Positions 49,320 to 57,326 of a stretch of 64,000 nucleotides of DNA are shown in pieces. Origin of the DNA: Spirochaetota bacterium (GTDB lineage Bacteria > Spirochaetota > Spirochaetia > Treponematales > UBA12059). The notes below the pieces were generated by a model. That model did no database searches and was not told the DNA's origin. It saw nothing but the letters and a program-made list of their open reading frames with translations. The DNA is taken from positions 325,027 through 389,026 of the forward strand of contig JADFDI010000001.1 in the NCBI GenBank assembly GCA_018262985.1, in the 5' to 3' direction. Position numbers and translations under genes: made by a program. Positions within the stretch are counted from its first letter, which is position 1. Each line of letters starts with the position of its first letter.

Positions 49320-49475
49320 AGCGGCGTGATTGGTCAAACCCGGCTTGAGATTCAGCCGTGGTGGCCGCGCGGGGGGTGGCGCGAAAAACGAGCCCATGCG
49401 CGCTCCCAAGCGCATGGGTTCGATTTTTCGCGACAGGCCCCCCCCGAGGCCGGTCATTTTAAACCCTTCGCCGCT
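49320..49475. repeat. 155-bp structured intergenic element, copy A
   Basis: It aligns end to end with 58081..58234. Shared blocks are agcggcgtgat, aaacccggcttgag, gcggggggtggcgc, gcgacaggccc, cccgaggccggtcat and cgccgct. The termini are 7-nt inverted repeats (AGCGGCG/CGCCGCT). Confidence 0.8.
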
Positions 49476-49508
49476 TTCCCCGCTCTCCGCTTTCCGGTCC
49501 CGGCGGCC

Positions 49509-50753
49509 CTACTCCGCGTGGGCCACCGGCCAGATCGGCAGCTCCACCGCCATCCAGTCCGCCGGGTCGGCCATCTCCCGGTCGATGAGGCCGAGGCCCA
49601 CGTCGTCGGTGGTCTCCGCCACCAGCCAGTCGCGGCCGGCGAAGGGGAAGCGGGCGCCGGGGCCTTCCACGTCCAGTCCCGCGAGCGCGTGCGCGTGCGC
49701 CGAACTGACGAGCAGCACGCCCTCGACGTTGTCGTGGGCCAGGAGCAGGAGGACGAGGAGGGCGCGCGAATCGCAATCGCCGCGTCCGTCCACCGCCGCG
49801 GCCAGCGGATTCACGAAGTCGGCGCCCTCGAGGTTGCGCTCGTAGGTGAAGCCCTGCGTCCAGCGCACCAGGGCTTCCGCGCGCTCGCGCGGATCCATGG
49901 CGGGACCGAGCCCGCGCGATATGGCGAAGGCGAGGCGCTCGACGCGGCGGAAGGAGTCGCGGGCGATCATGCGGTAGAAGCGGCGCCAGGCCGCCAGGGC
50001 GAGCTCCGGCTCGGCCTCGGCGTACGCGGACAGCACGCCGAACTCGCGGTCCACCACGGAGCTCGCGCAGGCGATATCCTCGAGCTCGTACTCCAGGTCG
50101 AAGGATACTCCGCCCACCGTGAGCGCGGCGCGCCCGGTGGCGGACGAGGCGCCGCGCTCGAACTGCGCGACCGGGCCGGGCGATAGCCGCGCCTCCGCGT
50201 CGATCGAGAAGGCGTCCACGCAGGACAGCAGGAAGCCGGCGAGCGAATCGAAATTTTCCGAAGCGGCGTAGGCGAGCAGCAGCACGTCCTTGGGGGGAGC
50301 CGCGCCCGCCCCAGGCCTAGAGCCGGGCACGGCGCCTTTCACGCCGAAAACGAAGCCGGAGACGGGCTCTCCGCCGGCGGCGAAGTCGACGATGCCGAGG
50401 AAGGCTTCCCGCCGCTGGTATTCGAAGAGCTCGGCCTCGCCGGCCGCCTTGAGCATGCGGAGCGCGCCGTCGCGGAAGGCCGCGGCCGTGGGGAAGCGGC
50501 CCGGCTCGTAGAGCGCTATCTGGAAGGTGAAGAGCCCGGATGGGTCCTCGAAGGCGAAGCGGGAGAGGCCGTCGCCGTCGGCGTAGTACATCCCTTCCGG
50601 AAGGTCGACGAAGAAGCCCGAGTCGGACCAGAGTTCCTCCGCGGCCAAGGTCGGCGCTAACGCGGAGAGGAGGAGGATGGCGACGAGGGCGAAGCGGGCG
50701 GCGCTCTCCGGGCGGACTCCGGGGCGCGCGCGGGTCGGCGCTATGTCGTTCAT
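49509..50753 (-). CDS. secreted hypothetical protein with a C-terminal transglutaminase-like/papain-fold signature
   Basis: 414 aa with the N-terminal signal anchor FALVAILLLSALAPTLAA. The C-terminal GRGDCDSRALLVLLLLAHDNVEGVLLVSS.HAHALAGL....WLVAETTD resembles the Cys-His-Asp/Glu core of transglutaminase-like proteins. Confidence 0.5.
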   Translation of the reverse strand: MNDIAPTRARPGVRPESAARFALVAILLLSALAPTLAAEELWSDSGFFVDLPEGMYYADGDGLSRFAFEDPSGLFTFQIALYEPGRFPTAAAFRDGALRMLKAAGEAELFEYQRREAFLGIVDFAAGGEPVSGFVFGVKGAVPGSRPGAGAAPPKDVLLLAYAASENFDSLAGFLLSCVDAFSIDAEARLSPGPVAQFERGASSATGRAALTVGGVSFDLEYELEDIACASSVVDREFGVLSAYAEAEPELALAAWRRFYRMIARDSFRRVERLAFAISRGLGPAMDPRERAEALVRWTQGFTYERNLEGADFVNPLAAAVDGRGDCDSRALLVLLLLAHDNVEGVLLVSSAHAHALAGLDVEGPGARFPFAGRDWLVAETTDDVGLGLIDREMADPADWMAVELPIWPVAHAE

Positions 50754-50757
50754 GCGT

Positions 50758-51150
50758 TCAAGGATAGCGCGGTCCGCCGCGTTCCGGGCGGATCGGGGCG
50801 GCTTTGTCCGTTCCCCGGAGGTCCGCGAGGCGTTCCCAGGATCCCTGCATGGCTAGATCGCGCCAGGTTTCGTACGCTGGTTCCGAGTCGAAGCGGGCCA
50901 AGGTCCGCCGGCCGACCGGATCCAGCAGGGTCGCCATCCAGTCGCCCAGGATGTCGGCCTCGAGGGCCACGAGCAGGGCCGGGGCGCTTGGTTCCTCGAA
51001 CACGAGGAGGACGTAGCGGTAGCGTTCATTGCGCTCGCGCCCGGGCGGGGCGGCGAGGACGGTCCACGAGCATCCGGCGCTCTCGAAGCGCTCCACCGTG
51101 CGGAACGAAACCAGGAGCCGTCGCCAGAGGGGATCCCGGATGCCTTCCAT
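50758..51150 (-). CDS. hypothetical protein (130 aa)
   Basis: Track ORF trimmed to ATG 51150 (GGGGAGG 6 nt upstream). The discarded N-terminus is Arg-rich. I do not recognise the family. Confidence 0.5.
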   Translation of the reverse strand: MEGIRDPLWRRLLVSFRTVERFESAGCSWTVLAAPPGRERNERYRYVLLVFEEPSAPALLVALEADILGDWMATLLDPVGRRTLARFDSEPAYETWRDLAMQGSWERLADLRGTDKAAPIRPERGGPRYP

Positions 51151-51288
51151 GCCAGCCTCCCCGGCATCCTTGCCTTCGCCGCGGCGGCGCCGGACGGGAT
51201 GCCGAAGCGAGACGGGCGACCCGGCAAGCGCGCCGGCGGCCCGCCGCCGCATGCTCCATTATCGGCCCGGATCGGCCGGGCCGGAAGC

Positions 51289-51681
51289 TCAAGCGTCCAC
51301 GCAGGTCTCGACGGCGCCGATCAGGTCCTCCCGGCGCCAGGGCTTGGAGATGATCGTGCAGCCGCCGAGCGCCGAGCGCACGCGGGCGATCGATTCGGGG
51401 TCGGCGTGGCCGGTCACCATGATGGAACCGATGCCGGGATGCCTTTCGTGCACCTTGAGCAGGAATTCGTCGCCCTTCATCCCGGGCATGAGCCAGTCGG
51501 AGATGACCAGGATGACCTCGACCCCTTCGGCCACGAGCTCGTCGATCGCGGCGAGGGCTTCCTCCGCGTCGACCGCGGTTTCGTAGAGGAAGCGGTCGCG
51601 GAAATGCGACTTGAGCTCCTGCTTGAGGGCCATGAGGATGATCGCCTCGTCGTCGACGCACAGGATGGCTCGTTCGTTCAT
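51289..51681 (-). CDS. stand-alone response-regulator receiver domain (CheY-like)
   Basis: 130 aa. ILCVDDE acidic pocket, phospho-acceptor in LVISDWLMPGM, MVTGHAD, and the conserved K in ISKPW. Confidence 0.85.
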   Translation of the reverse strand: MNERAILCVDDEAIILMALKQELKSHFRDRFLYETAVDAEEALAAIDELVAEGVEVILVISDWLMPGMKGDEFLLKVHERHPGIGSIMVTGHADPESIARVRSALGGCTIISKPWRREDLIGAVETCVDA

Positions 51682-51803
51682 CGATGCTCCCCGAGATGGT
51701 GGTTGGAGCGCGGCGCGGGATTCGCCCGCACATCCTCAGGAAGTCTCCTGGGTACGCCCTAAAGTATCGGCGGCGAATCGCGAATTGTCGAGTCCGGTCC
51801 TTG

Positions 51804-51832
51804 TTGCCCCGGACGGCCGACGCCGCTATACT
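51804..51832 (+). promoter_or_regulatory. sigma70-type promoter candidate for corA (TTGCCC-N17-TATACT), implying a ~210-nt leader
   Basis: Read directly. The next start codon with an SD is corA ATG 52053. Confidence 0.45.
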
Positions 51833-52052
51833 GCGGGTAGCGGACCCGGCCGGGTTCCGCGCCTTTCCCTCCGGGAAGGCATTCCGCGACGAGGAGGATT
51901 CGGATGCCAGATTCCGACGGCCATAGTAGCCAGTCGCCGATTCCGCTGATACGAATGCCCCCGTCGCGCTTCCTTCCCGCCTGAGCCGCCGTTCCCGCCG
52001 GAACCGCGGTCGACCCGGATGGACGCGTTCCAGGGGGCGGGAGGCGAACGAA

Positions 52053-53054
52053 ATGATCACCATCCGCGGCGCGCGCGGCGCCGCCCTCGAAAACGACACG
52101 GCCGGCCGCGGTTCGTGGACCGACGTCCGCAGGGTATCCCGGTCGGACCTCGAACGCCTGGAACGCGAGTACGGAATCCTGCCGGACCACCTCCAGGACA
52201 TGCTCGACGCCGACGAGGAGTCGCGCATCGAGAAGGAGGACGGGTACACCCTGCTCGTCGTCCGCGTGCCCGTCTTCGAACCGGGCACCGAGGTGGCGTA
52301 CTTCACCGTGCCGCTCGGCGTGTTCCTCTTTCCCGACCGCGTCGTCACGGTCTGCCAGGGCGATTGCGAGGTGCTTCGCGACCTGGCGGACGGCAAGGTG
52401 CGAGATCTCGACGTCGCGAACCGCAGCGCCTTCGTCCTGCACCTGCTCGGGCGGGCCGCCCTCGTGTTCCTCCGGCACCTCAAGGACCTGAACCGCCGGA
52501 CCACCGTGATCGAGCGCGAGCTCCAGCGCTCGGTCAGGAACCACGAGCTCATCCAGCTGCTTTCCATCCAGAAGTCCCTGGTCTACTTCACCACCAGCCT
52601 CAAGGCGAACGAGCTCCTCCTCGAGAAGCTGCAGAACGGCCGGATTCTCCGCTTCCGCGAGGAGGAGGCCGAGCTGCTCGAGGACGTGCTGACCGACAAC
52701 AAGCAGGCCATCTCCATGGCGGACATCCACTCGGACATCATCACGGGCACCATGGACGCCTTCGCCAGCGTCATCTCGAACAACCTGAACATCGTGATGA
52801 AGCGCCTGACCGTCATCTCCATCTGCCTGATGCTGCCGACCTTCATCGTCAGCGCCTTCGGCATGAACATTCCCCTGCCCTGGCACGACGACCAGTACGC
52901 CCTCGTCTACGTGGGCGGCATCTCGCTTGCTCTCGGCCTCGTCGGCGCCATCGTGCTTCGCGACCGCAAGCCCCGACTCCGTCGCGCGCGCGCGGCCGCC
53001 CCGGCGATAGGCATCGTGCACGGGGGCGTCGCGCCGGCCCGGTCGCGTTCCTGA
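52053..53054 (+). CDS. corA: CorA-family magnesium/cobalt transporter
   Basis: 333 aa with the GMN motif (SAFGMNIPLPW) between two C-terminal TM helices. GGGAGG SD. Confidence 0.9.
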   Translation: MITIRGARGAALENDTAGRGSWTDVRRVSRSDLERLEREYGILPDHLQDMLDADEESRIEKEDGYTLLVVRVPVFEPGTEVAYFTVPLGVFLFPDRVVTVCQGDCEVLRDLADGKVRDLDVANRSAFVLHLLGRAALVFLRHLKDLNRRTTVIERELQRSVRNHELIQLLSIQKSLVYFTTSLKANELLLEKLQNGRILRFREEEAELLEDVLTDNKQAISMADIHSDIITGTMDAFASVISNNLNIVMKRLTVISICLMLPTFIVSAFGMNIPLPWHDDQYALVYVGGISLALGLVGAIVLRDRKPRLRRARAAAPAIGIVHGGVAPARSRS

Positions 53055-53121
53055 GCGCCTGGACTTCGGGGAACGGCGGGCCTTGCCCCTCGGGGCGAGG
53101 CCCGCTATCTTTCAGGCCGCC

Positions 53122-53796
53122 ATGCTGAGCGTCCTGTACGTCGACGACGACGCGGTCGTCGTCGACAAGCCCGCGGGCCTCGCCTTCCAGCCGGGCGAGG
53201 GCGTCACCCGGAGCCTCGTCGAGCTCGCCGAGGAGGAACTGGGTTTCAAGCCGTATCCGGTCCACCGGCTCGACAAGGACACCTCGGGCTGCGTGCTCCT
53301 CGCCCGGAGCCCGCGGGCCGCGTCCCGTTTCGCGCCGTTGTTCGAGGAGAAGGCGCGGGGCGTCCTGAAGGCCTACGGCGCCGTGGTCGGGGGCGGCATG
53401 GAGCGGGATTCGGGCGTCATCGAAGCCGACGTGCGGATCCGCGGCGTGGCGAAGGGCGCGTTGACGCGCTGGCGCCTCGCGGAGGGCTTCGGGAACTTCA
53501 GCCTGCTCGAGGTCGAGCTCGGCACGGGGCGCATGCACCAGATCCGCCTCCACCTGGCTTCCATCGGGCACCCGATCGTGGCGGACGACCGCCACGGCGA
53601 CTTCGCCCGCAACAAGGCCTGGGCGGCGGAATACGGCGCGCGGCGCCTCATGCTCTGGGCCGCGCGGCTCGAGCTGCCCGTCGACCCGCCCATCAAGGTG
53701 TCGGCCCCCATCCCCCCGCACGCCGCGGCCTTCCTCGAACGGCTCCGGAATCGCGAAGCGCCGCCGGCCGGCCTGAAGACCGGAGACCCCGCGTGA
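53122..53796 (+). CDS. RluA-family pseudouridine synthase
   Basis: Trimmed to ATG 53122 (MLSVLYVDDDAVVVDKPAG). The catalytic HRLDKDTSG motif and GRMHQIRLHLASIGHPIVAD are present. Confidence 0.85.
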   Translation: MLSVLYVDDDAVVVDKPAGLAFQPGEGVTRSLVELAEEELGFKPYPVHRLDKDTSGCVLLARSPRAASRFAPLFEEKARGVLKAYGAVVGGGMERDSGVIEADVRIRGVAKGALTRWRLAEGFGNFSLLEVELGTGRMHQIRLHLASIGHPIVADDRHGDFARNKAWAAEYGARRLMLWAARLELPVDPPIKVSAPIPPHAAAFLERLRNREAPPAGLKTGDPA

Positions 53797-54200
53797 GCGC
53801 GGACGCCGCGGACGCCGCCGATCCGCGCGCCGAGCCCTGGGCCATGGTCCACGGCGCCAGCTGGCTCGACGCGGACGGCACGGTCAGGATCGTGCGCGGC
53901 TTCCACGACGCGTGGATTCAGGCCCACCGCCACCTGGTCGGCGACGCCGCCAACGCCTGCGAGGTGGTCCTCCGAACGCGCTGGATCGGCGTGGCGGTCT
54001 TCTCCGAGGGCTACGTCGAGCTGATGCTCACCCGGCGCGACGACGACGAGGTCATCGAACGGGCGCGGAGCTTCCTGGCGCGCAACGCCGGAAAGTGGCG
54101 GAACGTGCTCGTCATGACCATGGACGAGGAAGGCTACGTCCGCGTCGCGCCGGGCGACGAGGCGGACGCGGACGCCTTCCGCTCCCGGTTCCAGGCCTGA
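53793..54200 (+). CDS. hypothetical protein (135 aa)
   Basis: GTG 53793 forms a GTGA overlap with the rluA-like stop. The composition is coding-like. I do not recognise the family. Confidence 0.5.
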   Translation: MSADAADAADPRAEPWAMVHGASWLDADGTVRIVRGFHDAWIQAHRHLVGDAANACEVVLRTRWIGVAVFSEGYVELMLTRRDDDEVIERARSFLARNAGKWRNVLVMTMDEEGYVRVAPGDEADADAFRSRFQA

Positions 54201-54233
54201 CGCCGCCCGTCGGCCGTCCTCCGGAAGCGGAGG

Positions 54234-55037
54234 CTAATCCTGCCGGCGGACCGCCTCGAGCCGGGGTTCGAGGATCTCGGCTAGCCGCCTCGCGTTGACC
54301 ACGGCCCGGCCGCGGGCGTGGTTGTTGAAGGCCGCGTAGACGACGCGCGCCTTCCGGGCCAGGCGTCCGAGCCGGGCCGCCGCGCCCTGGAGTTCCTCCT
54401 CGGAGTAGAGCCAGTCGTAGCGGCTGGTCGCGTCGCCCTTCCACCAGGCCTCGGCGTTCCTCCCGTGGAAGCGGAGGTAGGAGAAGTCCGCGGTGACCCG
54501 CTCCGCTTCCGGAGGGAGCCCGTCCAGCTCCGGCCGGTCCACGAGCGCGAGCGCGAGCTTCCTCCGCTCCAGCTCGTCGAACACGCGCTCCGTATACCAG
54601 TCGGCGTTGCGGAATTCCACGGCCAGCGGGAAGGAGGCGAGCGAGTCGCAGAGCGAGGAGAGGTGGACGCGGTTCGCCTTTTCGTGACGGAAGCTGAACG
54701 GCAACTGCACCAGCACGCACGCGAGCCGGCCGTCTCGGGCGAGCGGCTCGAGGGCGCGCGCGAAGGCGGCCGCGTCGTCCTTCCAGCCGGGTCCGATCTC
54801 GTGGGTCAGGGTGCGGTGGGTCTTTACGGCGAAGGCGAAGGGACTCGGCGTGCGCGCGGCCATGGCCGCCATCGAGCGGGCGCTCGGCATCGAATAGTAG
54901 GTGAAGTCCAATTCGACAAACGGGAAGAAGAGACTATAGTAATGGAGGAACTCGAGCTTGGGGAGTTCCGGGGGATAGAGCGTTTCGCGCCAGTCCTCGT
55001 AGGAGTAGCCGCAGGTGCCGACCAGGATATCGCCCAT
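54234..55037 (-). CDS. DUF72 (YecE/UPF0759) family protein
   Basis: Trimmed to ATG 55037 (MGDILVGTCGYSYEDWRETLYP). Motifs FVELDFTYYSMP, FAFAVKTHRTLTH, LRFHGRN. Confidence 0.8.
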   Translation of the reverse strand: MGDILVGTCGYSYEDWRETLYPPELPKLEFLHYYSLFFPFVELDFTYYSMPSARSMAAMAARTPSPFAFAVKTHRTLTHEIGPGWKDDAAAFARALEPLARDGRLACVLVQLPFSFRHEKANRVHLSSLCDSLASFPLAVEFRNADWYTERVFDELERRKLALALVDRPELDGLPPEAERVTADFSYLRFHGRNAEAWWKGDATSRYDWLYSEEELQGAAARLGRLARKARVVYAAFNNHARGRAVVNARRLAEILEPRLEAVRRQD

Positions 55038-55214
55038 GGGAACGAGTATGGGAATTTCCTGCCCCGTGACGCAAGCGGCCCGGAAAAACATTCATGACTT
55101 ATCACCTCATAATTCCGGTTTCCCCCACAGGGAACGCCCGCCCGCCTCCGCGAAACCAGCCTGGTCTCCGCGCATTACCCCGATTTACGCCTTCTTTCAC
55201 TGACCGACGCGTTC

Positions 55215-55230
55215 TGGCATGAAGCTTGCT
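55215..55230 (+). promoter_or_regulatory. sigma54 (RpoN) -24/-12 promoter, TGGCATG-N4-TTGCT, upstream of the NapH-like gene
   Basis: It departs from the consensus at one position (C to T at -21). GC sits at -12, and the AAAGGAG SD and ATG 55256 follow within 26 nt. Confidence 0.55.
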
Positions 55231-55255
55231 ATACAAAGGCTGAAAGGAGTCATCG

Positions 55256-56155
55256 ATGGCGAAAGCGAAATCGAAGTCGATCCGTTTCGCGCGGCTCGGC
55301 GTCCAGATCCTCTTCTTCGTCCTGATCGCGGCGATCTCGGTCAACCACACCCTGGTCGAGAACGGAGGGGGTTTCCAGTGGCTCTCGACGGCCAGCCTGC
55401 ACGCGCTCTGTCCCTTCGGCGGCGTCGTGTCGATCTGGCAGGTCGCCACGCAGGCCACCTTCGTCAAGAAGATCCACGAATCGAGCTTCATCCTGATGTG
55501 GATCGGCCTCGTCCTGGCGTTGCTCGTCGGACCGGCGTTCTGCGGGTGGGCCTGCCCGCTCGGTTCGGCGCAGGAATGGTTCGGCAAGCTCGGCCGCAAG
55601 CTTTTCGGCAAGAAGTACAATACCTTCGTCCCGGGGAAGCTCGACAAGGCGCTCCGTTACCTGCGCTACCTCGTGCTGGCCATGGTCGTCTGGAACACCG
55701 CGCGGCTCGGCACGCTCGTGTTCGAGACCTACGATCCGTACTTCGCCCTCTTCAACCTGTGGTCCGCCGAGCTCGCCTGGCAGGCCGCCGCCATCCTCGC
55801 GGCGACCCTCGTCCTTTCGCTCCTCGTCGAACGGCCCTTCTGCAAGTACATGTGCCCCTACGGCGCCGTGCAGGGCGTGTTCAACCTCTTCAGCGTGTTC
55901 CGCATCCGCCGCGTCGCGAAGACCTGCATCGACTGCAAGGCCTGCGACCGCGCCTGCCCCATGAACATCGAGGTCTCGAAGGCCGGCGTCGTGCGCGACC
56001 ACCAGTGCATCACCTGCATGGAGTGCACGAGCGAGCGGGCCTGCCCGGTGAAGGACACCGTGGACCTGGTGCCGCCGGGACCGGCCAAACCGAAGGCCGC
56101 GCTCGCGGCCCTCGTCCTCCCGATCTCGGGTGCCGAAGGAAAGGGGAGAAAGTGA
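55256..56155 (+). CDS. NapH/MauN-type polytopic membrane 4Fe-4S ferredoxin
   Basis: 299 aa. CPFG and CP.G motifs lie between TM helices (HALCPFGG, CGWACPLGSAQEW, CKYMCPYGA), and there are two CxxCxxCxxxCP clusters (CIDCKACDRACP, CITCMECTSERACP). Confidence 0.8.
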   Translation: MAKAKSKSIRFARLGVQILFFVLIAAISVNHTLVENGGGFQWLSTASLHALCPFGGVVSIWQVATQATFVKKIHESSFILMWIGLVLALLVGPAFCGWACPLGSAQEWFGKLGRKLFGKKYNTFVPGKLDKALRYLRYLVLAMVVWNTARLGTLVFETYDPYFALFNLWSAELAWQAAAILAATLVLSLLVERPFCKYMCPYGAVQGVFNLFSVFRIRRVAKTCIDCKACDRACPMNIEVSKAGVVRDHQCITCMECTSERACPVKDTVDLVPPGPAKPKAALAALVLPISGAEGKGRK

Positions 56156-56156
56156 C

Positions 56157-56924
56157 ATGAAGATCCGCATCGTCCATCTCGCCGTCGCCGTGCCCGCGAT
56201 TTTCGTCATCGGCATCGGCGCCTCCATGGCCTTCAACGCGTGGAACACCGAGAGCAGCAAGGAACCCGCGAAATACACGAGCGGCGCGTTCGCCGGCGTG
56301 GCGAACCCCGCCGACATTCGCGGCTCCTACAGTTTCGCCGACATCGAGAAGGCTTTCGGCGTCCCCGTGGAAACGCTGGCGCGCGCCTTCGGCGTCACGG
56401 CCGAAATTGCCGGCGCCTCGGGGCTCGCCGCCTACCAGGTCAAGAATTTCGAGGCGATCTACGAAGGACTATCGGAAACGCTCGAAGTCGGCACCGACTC
56501 GGTCCGCTGGTTCGTCGCCCTGTACAAAGGCCTGCCCTACGAGCCCGCGGAAGAGGGAACGGGCCTGCCGAACACGGCCATCCCGGTGCTCAGGGAAGCC
56601 GGCCTCGCGGCGGACCTGCTGGACAAGGCGCGCGCCAAGGTCGTGGAGCTGCCGGGACTCGCGAACCTTCCCGCCGCGGTCGGCACGGGCGAGGCCGCCG
56701 GAACCGGAACCGGGACGGGCGGCGCCGAGACGCGCACGATAGTCGGCAAGACCACCTTCGGCCAGATCGAGGACTGGGGGGTGAGCCGCGCCAAGATGGC
56801 CGAAGCCCTGGGCATGGAACCCGGCCCTTCGAACGCGGTCGTCCGCGACTGGCTGGCGGAGAAGGGGCTCGAGTTCTCCGAGTACAAGACCGAGCTGCAG
56901 GCCCTGGTCGACGCGGCGAAGTAG
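56157..56924 (+). CDS. membrane-anchored hypothetical protein with two repeated helical modules
   Basis: ATG 56157 lies 2 nt after the upstream stop. N-terminal TM helix IVHLAVAVPAIFVIGIGASMAF. An internal repeat is visible: IRGSYSFADIEKAFGVPVETLARAFGV versus IVGKTTFGQIEDWGVSRAKMAEALGM. Confidence 0.6.
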   Translation: MKIRIVHLAVAVPAIFVIGIGASMAFNAWNTESSKEPAKYTSGAFAGVANPADIRGSYSFADIEKAFGVPVETLARAFGVTAEIAGASGLAAYQVKNFEAIYEGLSETLEVGTDSVRWFVALYKGLPYEPAEEGTGLPNTAIPVLREAGLAADLLDKARAKVVELPGLANLPAAVGTGEAAGTGTGTGGAETRTIVGKTTFGQIEDWGVSRAKMAEALGMEPGPSNAVVRDWLAEKGLEFSEYKTELQALVDAAK

Positions 56925-56929
56925 GCCAG

Positions 56930-56977
56930 GCGCGCGGGCGGCCGCGCCGTTACGACGGGCCGCCCGCGCGCTTTTTT
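56930..56977 (+). terminator. strong intrinsic terminator after the NapH-like operon
   Basis: 14-bp perfect GC stem GCGCGCGGGCGGCC/GGCCGCCCGCGCGC followed by TTTTTT. Confidence 0.85.
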
Positions 56978-57147
56978 CATCGAAAACTTACGGAATCCTC
57001 GCGGCGGCTCGGCCTGGTGAGCGTCATCGGGCACACGCATAGGCCGCTCTTCGAGTCGCTCACGAAGTACGACCGCCTCAGGCTCGAGCTGCTCGGAGGG
57101 AAGAAAACGAACGCCGGAGCGGAGATCGAGCGCAGGGACCGGGAGGC

Positions 57148-57176
57148 TTGACCTTCGTCCCTGAACATTATATAAA
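57148..57176 (+). promoter_or_regulatory. near-consensus sigma70 promoter for rpsD (TTGACC-N17-TATAAA)
   Basis: Read directly in an AT-rich patch. It implies a GC-rich leader of about 145 nt before ATG 57327. Confidence 0.55.
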
Positions 57177-57326
57177 ATGTAATCAATAACGAAGCCGTGA
57201 CGGCTCCGGAAGCGCCGCGTTTAGCCCGCGGTCCCCGCGGCCACCATTCCCCGCGCGCCTCGAACCTTCGCCCGAGCGCCCCCGCGAAAGCGGAGCGCCG
57301 CGGAGCGACCCCTTGAGGAGCGTCCC

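Noticed and set aside
49380-49432. tRNA/tmRNA-like GGGTTCGAT T-loop-like string inside the 155-bp element
   Set aside because: There is no acceptor stem, anticodon arm or CCA context. The string is one arm of a simple long hairpin and is absent from copy B.
51839-52052. M-box (ykoK) Mg2+ riboswitch upstream of corA
   Set aside because: I could not find the conserved M-box core sequences. Only a vague resemblance exists (gccatagtagcc versus GCCAUACAGUGC). It is kept only as an unclassified long leader.
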